Source: Terriglobia bacterium
Lineage (GTDB): Bacteria > Acidobacteriota > Polarisedimenticolia > Polarisedimenticolales > JAIQFR01
Direction: 5' to 3'
NCBI GenBank assembly: GCA_963748015.1
Contig: CAVVHE010000004.1
Coordinates: forward strand, 1,760,001-1,824,000
Length of the DNA: 64,000 nucleotides
The notes under the pieces were generated by a model. The model was not told the origin of the DNA. It did not search any database and was given only the letters and a program-made list of their open reading frames with translations. Positions within the stretch are counted from its first letter, which is position 1. Every line of letters starts with the position of its first letter. The translations under genes were made by a program, and so were the position numbers. Below, in pieces: positions 55,166 to 64,000 of the stretch.

Positions 55166-56234
55166 CGTCCCCTGCCTCGGCCGGGGCCTTCACCCCCGCG
55201 GCCGCCAGCACGATCGCGGTCAACGGGTCGGGGTCGGTGCGCGCGTTGACCGCGGGAACTCCCGTGGCCTGCTCGACGAGCCTTGTCCCCGCGGCGTTGT
55301 CGGTCGCGGGGCCGGTCACCGCGGCGGTCGCGAGGCCGTGCCGCTCGCGAAGCAGCCGCACGCCGCCCCAGGCGGCGACCGGGTCGTTCGCCGCGAGGAG
55401 GATCGCGCGGAACGACTGGCGAAGCTCCGGGTCGTCGAGGATCGCGTCCACCCCGTAGAGACCCAGGAGCCCGTCGCCCAGTTCGAGGACGATCACGTCG
55501 GGCTCCGCCGCCGCGAGGTGGCTCAAGAGGGTCCGCGCCACCTTCGGGGCGACGTCCGCGGTCGTGGTGACGACGCCGAGATCGGTGAAGATCAGCGTGC
55601 GGAGCGCCCCCGCGTCCTCCATCGCGAGGACGTCGCGGCGGAGGGAGACCCCCGTGGCCTTCCCCGCGGCGACGCGCAACCCGCGGTGGACGAGCGACTG
55701 CACGAGCGCGCACGCCGCCTGAGTCTTCCCCGCGTTCATGCACGATCCCACGATCGCCACCACGGGGATGCCGCGCGTGTCCAGCTCGCCGGCGAGCGGA
55801 ATGGCGCCGTGGGCGATGTGCGCGGGCAGCCCGACCCGCTCGCCCAGATGCGGGAAGTGGAGGACCTGACCGAGCACCTCGCACTCGAACGGGTGCCCGA
55901 GATCGGGATGGATCCCCTCGCAGACGCCGAGCACCCCGCCGGTGTTCAGCACGTGGATCTTGTCCCCCGGCCGGACCGCCTCGGGAAGGTGGCCCGCGTA
56001 GCCGAACAGCGCCTTGCGGTGCCCCAGCGCCCCCGCGATGACGTCCCCCGGCTTGAGACGCGACAGCCGCCCCGAGGGAAGCTCGAGCTGGTTGTAGGTG
56101 CTCTTCGAGTTCAGGATGCGCGCGACGATCACCCCGCCCTCCACGGCGGGGATTTCCGTGCCGAGGTACGACTGCCGGGAGAGCCGGCAGTTGAGCGTCA
56201 CCGATGCGATCTTGTCGAGAAGGACCTTTCTCAC
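55158..56234 (-). CDS. DUF1611-like P-loop protein embedded in the arg operon
   Basis: GSCMNAGKT P-loop, GKATG..RD and LELGDGL motifs; overlaps both argG and argC. Confidence 0.75.
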   Translation of the reverse strand: MRKVLLDKIASVTLNCRLSRQSYLGTEIPAVEGGVIVARILNSKSTYNQLELPSGRLSRLKPGDVIAGALGHRKALFGYAGHLPEAVRPGDKIHVLNTGGVLGVCEGIHPDLGHPFECEVLGQVLHFPHLGERVGLPAHIAHGAIPLAGELDTRGIPVVAIVGSCMNAGKTQAACALVQSLVHRGLRVAAGKATGVSLRRDVLAMEDAGALRTLIFTDLGVVTTTADVAPKVARTLLSHLAAAEPDVIVLELGDGLLGLYGVDAILDDPELRQSFRAILLAANDPVAAWGGVRLLRERHGLATAAVTGPATDNAAGTRLVEQATGVPAVNARTDPDPLTAIVLAAAGVKAPAEAGDDA

Positions 56235-57436
56235 CTCGGGCCCCCTCCCGCACGGGCGTGGAGCATCCCCGGGAGCGCGAGCATCCGCGAGAACCCGCGC
56301 GCGTCCTCGGCGGACCACTCCGCCGCCGTCTCGCCGTACACCGCGGACGACGCGGCCTTGAGCGAGTAGGAGGAGGCCACCCCCTCGACGAAGGCGAACC
56401 CCGGCCGGAACAGCAGCCGCACCGTGCCCGTGACGCGCTCCTGAGACCGCAGGAACAGGGCCTCGATGTCGCGGCACCCCGGCTCGAGCGACTGCCCCTC
56501 GTGGACGAGGTCTCCGTAGCTCGCCGCGACCTGGTCCTTGATCCGCTGCTGCCTCGCCGTGAGGACCAGCTTCTCGAGTTCGCGGTGCGCGACGATCAGC
56601 ACCGTGGCGGCCGGCGCCTCGAACGCCACCCGTCCCTTGACGCCGAGGATCGTCTCGCCGAGGTGGATGCCGCGGCCGATCCCGTACTTCCCCGCCTCGG
56701 CGTTCAGGCGCTCGATCAGCTCCACGGGCGGCAATGCGTCGCCGTCGAGCGCGACGGGAACGCCTCGCTCGAACGCGACGGTGCGGACGGTCGGCTCCAT
56801 CGACCGGTCGAAGGCGCCGCGCGTCAGGACCCAGGCCTCCTCGGGAAGCGACTCCAGCGTGTCGGAGGTCTCCCGCCCGCCGATCGTGCACCCCCACAGG
56901 CCGGAATTGACCGAGTACGCCGCGCGCCCCGACGGCCACGGGATCCCGCGGGCCTCGAGGTACGCGACCTCGTCCGCGCGGGAGAGTCCCTCGTCGCGGA
57001 TCGGCGCGAGGATCTCGAGGTCGGGCGCCAGGGTGCGGAGCGCGACCTCGAAGCGCACCTGGTCGTTCCCCGCCGCCGTGGAGCCGTGCGCCACCGCGCG
57101 GGCGCCCACGACGCGCGCCACGTCCGCCACCACCCGCGCCTGGAGCCCCCGCTCGGCCCCGACGCAAAGCGGGTAGACGCTCCCGCGGAGCACGTTGCCC
57201 ATGACCAGGAACGACAGCGTCTCCTCGAAGTAGCGCGAGCGCGCGTCCACCAGCCGGTGCTCGGCCGCGCCGAGGGACAGCGCGCGCGCCTCGAGGCTCC
57301 GCCGCGCCTCGTCGTCGAGACCGCCCGTGTCCACGGTGACCGTGACCACCTCGCCGCCTAGCCGCTCCTTCAGCCAAGGAACGCAGAACGAGGTGTCGAG
57401 ACCGCCGCTGAACGCGAGGACCACCCGCTCAGGCAT
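56231..57436 (-). CDS. argG: Argininosuccinate synthase
   Basis: LAFSGGLDTS, GNDQVRFE and KGRVAFEAP motifs. Confidence 0.95.
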   Translation of the reverse strand: MPERVVLAFSGGLDTSFCVPWLKERLGGEVVTVTVDTGGLDDEARRSLEARALSLGAAEHRLVDARSRYFEETLSFLVMGNVLRGSVYPLCVGAERGLQARVVADVARVVGARAVAHGSTAAGNDQVRFEVALRTLAPDLEILAPIRDEGLSRADEVAYLEARGIPWPSGRAAYSVNSGLWGCTIGGRETSDTLESLPEEAWVLTRGAFDRSMEPTVRTVAFERGVPVALDGDALPPVELIERLNAEAGKYGIGRGIHLGETILGVKGRVAFEAPAATVLIVAHRELEKLVLTARQQRIKDQVAASYGDLVHEGQSLEPGCRDIEALFLRSQERVTGTVRLLFRPGFAFVEGVASSYSLKAASSAVYGETAAEWSAEDARGFSRMLALPGMLHARAGGGPR

Positions 57437-57902
57437 GCGCCGCCTCCTTGCGGAGCGCGGCGAGCCGCGCCTCGACCCTCGCCTGCTGCCTCCGCCCCGC
57501 GGTCGCGACGAAGAACGTGTCGTCCCCCGCCACCGTGCCGACCACCTCCGGCCACCTGGACTCGTCGAGGGCGAGCGCGAACGACGCCGCGAAGCCCGGT
57601 GGCGTCCGCGCCACGAGGAGGTACGGCCCCGCGGCGGCCGTTCCCACCAGGAAGGCCGAGATGTCCTCGAGGCGCGCCCCGGGCCGCATCCCGCCGGCCA
57701 ACGCCCCGCCGGCGAGATAGCGCCCCTCGACCTTCGCCGCCCCCAGCTCGTGCAGGTCCCTCGACACGCTCGCCTGCGTGACCCGGAACCCCCGCGCCCT
57801 GAGCCTGCGCCTCAGGTCCTCCTGGTTCCGCACCGCTTCGCGCCGGAGGATCTCCGCGATCGCCCGCCTCCGCCTCTCCGTCCCTTCCACGTCCCGCGGC
57901 AT
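57429..57902 (-). CDS. argR: Arginine repressor
   Basis: TQASVSRDL and GTVAGDDT motifs. Confidence 0.95.
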   Translation of the reverse strand: MPRDVEGTERRRRAIAEILRREAVRNQEDLRRRLRARGFRVTQASVSRDLHELGAAKVEGRYLAGGALAGGMRPGARLEDISAFLVGTAAAGPYLLVARTPPGFAASFALALDESRWPEVVGTVAGDDTFFVATAGRRQQARVEARLAALRKEAAHA

Positions 57903-57957
57903 CGTCTCCCTCCCCGCCTCCCGGCCCGGGGCTCCCCCGTCCGGCCGAAAAAGGGAA

Positions 57958-57995
57958 TGCGCATGATGCTACATGTATGCGCATAATAATGCAAA
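57958..57995 (-). promoter_or_regulatory. Tandem ARG boxes (ArgR operator)
   Basis: AT-rich island: TTTGCATTATTATGCGCA-TA-CATGTAGCATCATGCGCA on the minus strand, upstream of argR. Confidence 0.75.
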
Positions 57996-58055
57996 TGGTG
58001 GCGGAGGTCGGCGGCGACGCTCGTCCAGGGGACCCCCGTTGCTTGGGAGCGGGGG

Positions 58056-60065
58056 CTACCTGCCGATCACGGGGCGGAGGACGCCGAGGTGGTCGAGGTC
58101 CTCGAGGGCGAAGTAGCCGGGGCCGGTGCGGGCGACGGTGCGGGCGCCGGCCCAGACGCGGGCGCACCGGGTGGCCGGATCGGACTCCTGTGTCCACGCG
58201 GGCAGCTCGGTCCAGCGCCCCGTCGCGACCTCGTACACGCGGGACTCCGGGGTCATCCCTTCGGGCGCGAGCGAATCGAGAGCGGGGGTGCGGAAGCGCT
58301 GGCACATCCAGGCCGCCATCGACCGTTCCTTCGAGAGAGCGCCCGCGTGAACGAGCAGCCGCGCGCGATCGGGCGACGGGGCGAGCTCGACTTCCAGGCC
58401 ACGCCAGCCTCGAAGGGGGCGCGCGGGCTCGCCCGGGCGGCCGAGAAGGAGCCACGTCGTCGTGCCGTCCGTCTCCAGCCACGCCAGCGTGTCGCCGGCG
58501 AGCCAGTGCACCGCGCGGGAAGGAAGGTGAGGAACCTGCGGTGGGATCTCCTTGGAGCTCCCGAGGTCCAGCAACGGACGGGTGTCGCAGCGGTCCGCGC
58601 CGCCGTCCACCCGCCAGTAGCGGCCGGACGGAGACAGCCGGGCCGACGCGGTCCAGGGATGCCCTCGGTCCCGCAGGAGGGGCTCGGCCTCGATCGTCCC
58701 TCGCTCGACGTCCACGCGGTGGACGGCGTAGCCCACCGGCTCCTGCGCGTTGGCGGGGGCTCGCCCCGCGTCGGCGGGGCCCACGGCAACGTACACGCGG
58801 CCGTCGTCGGTGGGCCCGACGAGTCCCAGCGTCCATCCGTTTCGCCTGAGGTCGGGCTCTCGGACCGCGCCCGTCGCGGGATCCATCACGGCGATCCCGC
58901 TCGTACGATCGCGCCAGGTTCGGACGACGATGCGATCGCCGGACCAACGGACGCCTTCCCACCAGCTCGCGCCGGGGACCTCGACCGCGCGTCCGACGCG
59001 GTGGCCCTCGGCGTCGAGGAATTCGATCCTCGGGTCGACCGCCAAGCCGCCGAAAGGAGCTGACCCGGTGACGATCGCAAGCGTCTTGCCGTCGGTGCTC
59101 CACACGCTTTCCGGGTGCACCGGCGGCGGGAAGAACGCCAGCTTCTCTCCGCTCTTGACGTCCACGAGCCAGGCGGCGCCCGCCCCCGCGCGGCCTCCGA
59201 GCAGCGCCGTGGGCCGGGTGCTCGATGCGGCGACCAACGCGCCTTGCTCGAGGAGGTCCGCGCCGTAGCGCACGGCGACCGGCGCGAGGCAAAAGAACGC
59301 GACGATCGCGGCGACCAGGGTCGCCGACAGGACGACGATCAGCCGGAACACGCGCCCGCGCCCCGCGGGCTCGCCCCGACAGAAGGCGATCCACGACGCG
59401 ACGAAGAACGCGGGGACCAGGAGCCACGGGACCACGACGCCGAGGGGCACCCCGCGGATCGCCGCCAGTGGGAATCGCGAACCCAGCACGTAGGCGAGGA
59501 TCACCGGGACCAGGGCGAAGAGAAGGCCGAGGAGCACCGCCGCGATGGGCGCCGCCACCAGCGCGGCGGCCGCGACCGCGCCCGAGAGCGCCAGCGCGGT
59601 CATCAGGCCGCCGATCGCGAAGAGCTGGCCGGCCGCCGACCAGTCGCCGGGCGCGGGACCGGCGAACGCCCAAGCGAACAGGGTCCAGACCAGCCCCGTC
59701 CCCACGGTGATCGCGAGCGTGGCGCCGAGCGACGCGACGAGTCGGGCGAGCCAGGTCCGCGTGCGGGACACCGGCCTCTCGAGCAGGAAGCTCTCGACCC
59801 CCGCCGCGCGGTCGCCGGCGAAAGCCTGCGCCGTGACCAGGAGGGCCGCGAGCGGCCACACCGCCAGCGCGAGAGCGGCCGGGAGGATCTCGAGGAGGAT
59901 CGTGCGGGTCGAGTCCTCGCCCACCTTGCCGAGCGGCGCGAGTCCGTGGCGCGCCGCCGACGCCCCGGCGATGGACGCGAGGGGGAGAACGACGCCGAGC
60001 GCCAAGCCGGCGAGGCACAGCGCGCGGAGCTGTCTCGATTCCTTCCAGAGGAGCGCGCTAAGCAT
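58056..60065 (-). CDS. ABC-2-type permease fused to an extracytoplasmic beta-propeller-like domain
   Basis: LLWKESR and FLLERPVSR motifs, about 7 TM helices, then WS/SPD-type blades. Confidence 0.75.
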   Translation of the reverse strand: MLSALLWKESRQLRALCLAGLALGVVLPLASIAGASAARHGLAPLGKVGEDSTRTILLEILPAALALAVWPLAALLVTAQAFAGDRAAGVESFLLERPVSRTRTWLARLVASLGATLAITVGTGLVWTLFAWAFAGPAPGDWSAAGQLFAIGGLMTALALSGAVAAAALVAAPIAAVLLGLLFALVPVILAYVLGSRFPLAAIRGVPLGVVVPWLLVPAFFVASWIAFCRGEPAGRGRVFRLIVVLSATLVAAIVAFFCLAPVAVRYGADLLEQGALVAASSTRPTALLGGRAGAGAAWLVDVKSGEKLAFFPPPVHPESVWSTDGKTLAIVTGSAPFGGLAVDPRIEFLDAEGHRVGRAVEVPGASWWEGVRWSGDRIVVRTWRDRTSGIAVMDPATGAVREPDLRRNGWTLGLVGPTDDGRVYVAVGPADAGRAPANAQEPVGYAVHRVDVERGTIEAEPLLRDRGHPWTASARLSPSGRYWRVDGGADRCDTRPLLDLGSSKEIPPQVPHLPSRAVHWLAGDTLAWLETDGTTTWLLLGRPGEPARPLRGWRGLEVELAPSPDRARLLVHAGALSKERSMAAWMCQRFRTPALDSLAPEGMTPESRVYEVATGRWTELPAWTQESDPATRCARVWAGARTVARTGPGYFALEDLDHLGVLRPVIGR

Positions 60066-60966
60066 GGTCCGCCTCCGCGGCGTTCCCCTCGCGGAGCAAC
60101 GCCACCAGGATCTCCTCGAGCGGGAGCGTCTCGAACCGGACCTCGCGCGCCCCGAGTCCTCGCAGCGCCGCCTCGAGGTCGCCGTTCGTCCCCTCGCCCA
60201 CCACGCGCAGCACGCGCCCCTCCGCCGTCGTGTCGATCTGCCCGGGAAGCGCCGCGGTCCGCGGCGCCTCGCCATCGAACACCGCCGTGGCGCGGCGAAT
60301 CCTCCGCTTGATCTCGTCGAGCGGTCCCTCGAGGCGGATCCGCCCCCGGTCCATGACCGCCACGCGGTCCGCGACGCGCTCGATGTCGTGAACGAGGTGC
60401 GAGGCGTAGATGACCGTGCCTCCTTCGGCGGGCACCGCGTCGAGGATCCCCTCGAGCACCTCGCGCCGGACGAGGGGATCGAGCCCCGCGGTCGGGTCGT
60501 CGAGGAAGAGGATTTCGGGCCGGCAGGCCACCGACAGTACCAACGCGACCTTCGCGCGCGTCCCGCGCGACAGCGTCCTGATTCGCGCCGCGGGATCGAG
60601 GTCCAGCCGCGCTCGGAGCGACTCGGCGAGCGCCTCGTCCCACCGCGGGTGGAGCGCCGCGGCGAAGCGGAGGATCTCGGCCACGGTCATCCAGGGGTAG
60701 AGCGCGGATTCCTCGGCGAGGAGGCTCGCGCGCGTCCGGACCTCGCGGCCGCTGACGGCCGGGTCGAGGCCGAGCACCCGGACTCTCCCCGCGTCGGGAT
60801 AGAGCACGCCGTGGGCGAGACGCAGCGCCGTGGTCTTGCCGGCACCGTTCCTGCCGATGATGCCGAGCACGGTTCCCGGCTCGACCGCGAGGGAAACGTC
60901 CTCGAGCGCGACCGTGCGGCCGAACGACCGCGAGACGTGCTCGAAGCTCAAGGCCGGCTCGCTCAT
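60058..60966 (-). CDS. ABC transporter ATP-binding protein (YtrB-like)
   Basis: GRNGAGKTT, LSRG, LDDPTAGLDP and SH motifs. Confidence 0.92.
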   Translation of the reverse strand: MSEPALSFEHVSRSFGRTVALEDVSLAVEPGTVLGIIGRNGAGKTTALRLAHGVLYPDAGRVRVLGLDPAVSGREVRTRASLLAEESALYPWMTVAEILRFAAALHPRWDEALAESLRARLDLDPAARIRTLSRGTRAKVALVLSVACRPEILFLDDPTAGLDPLVRREVLEGILDAVPAEGGTVIYASHLVHDIERVADRVAVMDRGRIRLEGPLDEIKRRIRRATAVFDGEAPRTAALPGQIDTTAEGRVLRVVGEGTNGDLEAALRGLGAREVRFETLPLEEILVALLREGNAAEADHA

Positions 60967-61400
60967 GCGCTTTCCTCCCCGGACGGTCCCCTGCCGGGCT
61001 CCGCCGACGCCCCCTCCCTTCGCTTCCGGAACGCCTCGATGCGCCGGCTCAACCGCCAGCCCAGCTCCTCGTGCGGGACCCCCGCCATGTGAGCCTCGAC
61101 GAGGAGCCGGTCGAGCGCCGTGTCCACCGCAACGCTGTGGGCGGCGCGGCCCACGCGCGCGGCCCCCTCCGCCACGAACGTCCCCTGCCCGACGCGCGTT
61201 CTCACGACCCCCTCATGCTCGAGCTGCTGGATCGCCCGTGCCGCCGTGTTGCGGTTGATCCGCGCCTGGACCGCCAGTTCCCGAACGGTGGGCAGGCGGT
61301 CTCCCGCTGTCAGCGCTCCGAGAGCGATCATCCCGCGAACCTGCTCCACGAGCTGCTGGTAGAGCGGAACCGGGCTCTGGGGATCGAGATCGAGGATCAT
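60963..61400 (-). CDS. GntR family regulator, YtrA subfamily
   Basis: PLYQQL, GDRLPTVRELA and GQGTFV motifs; short C-terminus; precedes ABC genes. Confidence 0.92.
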   Translation of the reverse strand: MILDLDPQSPVPLYQQLVEQVRGMIALGALTAGDRLPTVRELAVQARINRNTAARAIQQLEHEGVVRTRVGQGTFVAEGAARVGRAAHSVAVDTALDRLLVEAHMAGVPHEELGWRLSRRIEAFRKRREGASAEPGRGPSGEESA

Positions 61401-61410
61401 GGCCGCCTTT

Positions 61411-61432
61411 TTGTCCTAATGTCATAGGACAA
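61411..61432. promoter_or_regulatory. Probable YtrA-type GntR operator
   Basis: Perfect palindrome TTGTCCTA-N6-TAGGACAA about 10 bp upstream of the GntR start. Confidence 0.75.
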
Positions 61433-61454
61433 TATACGGCGTCCTCGGCCACTG

Positions 61455-63419
61455 TCAAGGGGCCATCGAACCCTCGAAGAAGAGGCGGCAGGCTTCAACG
61501 TCGCGGACCAGGCGGTATGGCGGGAGGGACGCCAGAAAGGTCTGGCCGTAGCGCTTGGTGGTCAGGCGAGGGTCGAGGACCGACAGGATCCCTCGATCCG
61601 ACCGGCTCCTCAGGAGACGGCCGAGCCCCTGCTTGAGCTCCAGGACCGCGAGAGGGGTCTGGTACTCCTCGAACGGGTTGCCGCCCGCCTGCCGGATCTT
61701 CTCGATCCGGGCGGCGATCAGGGGGTCGGCGGGGACGTCGAAGGGGAGCTTGTCGATGACGACAAGCGACAGCGCCTCCCCCGGCACGTCGACACCGTGC
61801 CAGAACGAGGTCGTGCCGAGAAGCACGCCGCGCTCGGCTTCCTTGAACGCCTCGACGAGCGCCGGCTTGCTCCCCTCTCCCTGCACGAAGAGCGTCCACC
61901 GCTCCTCGAGCTCCAGCGACTCGCGCACCTTCGCCATGACCGCGTAGGAGGTAAACAAGAGAAAGGCGCGCCCCCGCGTGATCTCGAGGAGCGCGCCGAT
62001 CTCCTCGAGGGCGCGGTCGAGCCAGCCGCGCTCCCTCGGCTCCGGCATCCCCTTGGGGAGGTACAGCACCGCCTGCCGCGCGTGGTCGAACGGGGAGTCC
62101 ACGATGCGCGTCGCGCAGTCCGTGAGCCCGAGGCGTTGCTGGAAGAACCCGAACCGTCCCTCGACCGCGAGGGTCGCCGAGGTCAGTACCGCGGCGTGGA
62201 GGCTCTCGAACAGCGATTCGCGCAGGATCGTCGAGACGTCGATCGGCGCGGCGCCGAGGAGGACGCTCGCGCGACCGCGCCCCTCGACGCTGTACACGAA
62301 GCCGGGATCGCTCCTTCGGAGCACCAGCGAGAGCGCCTCCTTGATCTCGCCCCCGCGCGCCTCGATCGCCGCTCCCGCCTCGTCGTCGGCGGCAGCCCCC
62401 TCGCTCCCCACGTCGTCGATCGCGCCGGCGAGCGCCGCCCACTCGTGCTCCAGCGCGGGGCCGCCCCGCTCGGGCGGGTCGAAGCGCATGCGCCCGGACT
62501 CCTCGGGGAGCCGCTCGCGTAGAACGCCGAAGAACTCCCGCGCCGCGCGACGCAGCGCCGCCGCTCCCCCCGCTCCCTTGGCCGGCCCGCCTGCCTTGGC
62601 GGCGAGCGCCTCGGCGTCCCGCGCGAGCTCCTCCACCTGCCCCGACGAGACCTGGGTGCCGAAGTACTGCGTCGCGATCTCCTCGAGGAGGTGCGCCTCG
62701 TCGAAGACCACCGTGTCGTACTCGGGGAGCACCGAGCCGAACGCGGTGCGCACCGCGAGGTCCGCGAAGAAGAGGTGGTGGTTGACCACGAGGATGGTCG
62801 CCCGCTCGGCGTCCCGCTTGAGCTTCGTCAGCCAGCACTGCTCGAACTCGGGGCACTTCCTGCCGGTGCAGGTGTCGGCGCGGGCGTTGACGTCGCGCCA
62901 GAGGCGCAGCCCGTCGGGAAGGTCGGCGACCTCGGCCCGGTCCCCGCTCGCGGTCTTGCGGCTCCACTTCCTGAGCTTCGGGAGCCACTTCCGCTCGTCG
63001 AGGACCTCGAACAGCGGCTCCGCCTCGAACTGCGCGAAGCGGTAGCGGCAGAGGTAGTTCTCCCGCCCCTTCATCAGGCAGGCCGAGAACGCGAGGCCGG
63101 CCTTCTCCCTGAGGAACGGGAGGTCCATCCGGAAGATCTGGTCCTGAAGGTTGCGCGTCCCGGTGGAGATCACCACGCGGCGCCCCAGCTCGATCGCGGG
63201 CACGAGGTACGCCAGCGTCTTGCCGGTCCCCGTCCCGGCCTCGACCATCAGCGACGCCGCTCGTCGTGAAACGTGCGCTCGACAGCGAGCGCCATCTCTT
63301 GCTGGCCCGAGCGTGGCTCGTAGTTCGGGTGGGCGCGCGACAGCGGCCCGCCGGGCTCGAAGAACGCTCCGGTGGATCTCGTCCGGGGAGGCCACCGAGC
63401 CCGGAAGCTCGTCTTCCAC
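61455..63419 (-). CDS. DinG/YoaA-family ATP-dependent DNA helicase (N-terminal frameshifts; start approximate)
   Basis: YEPRSGQ Q-motif in another frame; EAGTGTGKT, Fe-S Cys residues, DEAH, TSATL and QGLGRLLRS motifs. Confidence 0.92.
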   Translation of the reverse strand: MEDELPGSVASPDEIHRSVLRARRAAVARPPELRATLGPARDGARCRAHVSRRAASLMVEAGTGTGKTLAYLVPAIELGRRVVISTGTRNLQDQIFRMDLPFLREKAGLAFSACLMKGRENYLCRYRFAQFEAEPLFEVLDERKWLPKLRKWSRKTASGDRAEVADLPDGLRLWRDVNARADTCTGRKCPEFEQCWLTKLKRDAERATILVVNHHLFFADLAVRTAFGSVLPEYDTVVFDEAHLLEEIATQYFGTQVSSGQVEELARDAEALAAKAGGPAKGAGGAAALRRAAREFFGVLRERLPEESGRMRFDPPERGGPALEHEWAALAGAIDDVGSEGAAADDEAGAAIEARGGEIKEALSLVLRRSDPGFVYSVEGRGRASVLLGAAPIDVSTILRESLFESLHAAVLTSATLAVEGRFGFFQQRLGLTDCATRIVDSPFDHARQAVLYLPKGMPEPRERGWLDRALEEIGALLEITRGRAFLLFTSYAVMAKVRESLELEERWTLFVQGEGSKPALVEAFKEAERGVLLGTTSFWHGVDVPGEALSLVVIDKLPFDVPADPLIAARIEKIRQAGGNPFEEYQTPLAVLELKQGLGRLLRSRSDRGILSVLDPRLTTKRYGQTFLASLPPYRLVRDVEACRLFFEGSMAP

Positions 63420-63470
63420 CGCAAACCGTCGAGGCCATTTCCGCCGGCACCGGTCGACCATGGCCAGGGT

Positions 63471-63658
63471 CCGCGATCGTCCGTGGAATATCCCGCGGCG
63501 ACGATGCCCGAGGCGACGGGGACCCCTGCACGGCCGCGCAGAGGGTCGAGCGCGATGGCGCTAGGGTCCGCGCCATCGCGCTCGCTCGACCCTCTGCGCG
63601 GCCGATGCGGGTCGTCGCCGAGGGAGGTCGCCGCGGGATATTCCACGGACGATCGCGG
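63471..63658 (-). repeat. Palindromic element family A, copy 5 (opposite orientation)
   Basis: Perfect 32-bp arms (63471-63502 / 63627-63658) around the reverse-complemented 124-nt core. Confidence 0.95.
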
Positions 63659-63744
63659 CCCCCCGGCACGCGGAGCCTCGCCCGAGCGGAGGTCGCAGCC
63701 GAGCAACCGGCTCACACGGCCAAGTCCACGAGTACGACGCCCCG

Positions 63745-64000
63745 TCAGGCCCGCGTGCCCGCGGAGGCGAGACGCTTCGCGTAGAGCGGGAAACCGGGCC
63801 GCGAGGGCGACGACGTCCTCGCGCACCTTCGCGAGCGCCGCAGGGTCGTCCCGGCCGTCGAGGCCTCGGCCGATCAGGTCGGCGACCGCGTCCATCTCGG
63901 CGAGCCCCATCCCGCGCGTCGTGATCGCGGGAGTGCCGATGCGGACGCCGCTCGCGACGAAGGGCTTGTTCGTGTCGAACGGGATCGTGTTCTTGTTGAC
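63745..64000 (-). CDS. glyA: Serine hydroxymethyltransferase, 3' end (partial; frameshift near 63790)
   Basis: [25 protein letters not shown](L)Y C-terminal signature. Confidence 0.9.

Noticed and set aside
61455..63419. DinG as a type IV CRISPR or defence component
   Set aside because: It sits in a housekeeping context next to glyA, with no csf/cas genes or array.

Overview
Very GC-rich bacterial chromosomal window. An Oar-type TonB-dependent receptor, LolA and a kinase-STAND-propeller protein suggest a diderm such as an Acidobacteriota member (inference only). It is mostly housekeeping and accessory metabolism: ggt, sodC, hutU, an M16 peptidase pair, an ABC/lipocalin cluster, polA, a nine-gene ArgR-headed arginine operon, a YtrA-type GntR/ABC module, a DinG helicase and the 3' end of glyA. 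Many genes carry apparent frameshifts, most likely uncorrected long-read indels. Two features stand out. (1) Five dispersed intergenic copies of a 186-196 bp rod-like palindromic element. Each has an exactly 124-nt near-invariant core with compensatory base changes, flanked by 31-36 bp arms that differ between copies but are perfectly self-complementary within each copy. Three unrelated 162-169 bp inverted-repeat elements are also present. (2) The arg operon has an N-acyl-ornithine carbamoyltransferase (probably succinyl-specific) and no argA/argJ, but embeds a DUF1611-like P-loop protein, a candidate novel N-acyl-glutamate synthase.
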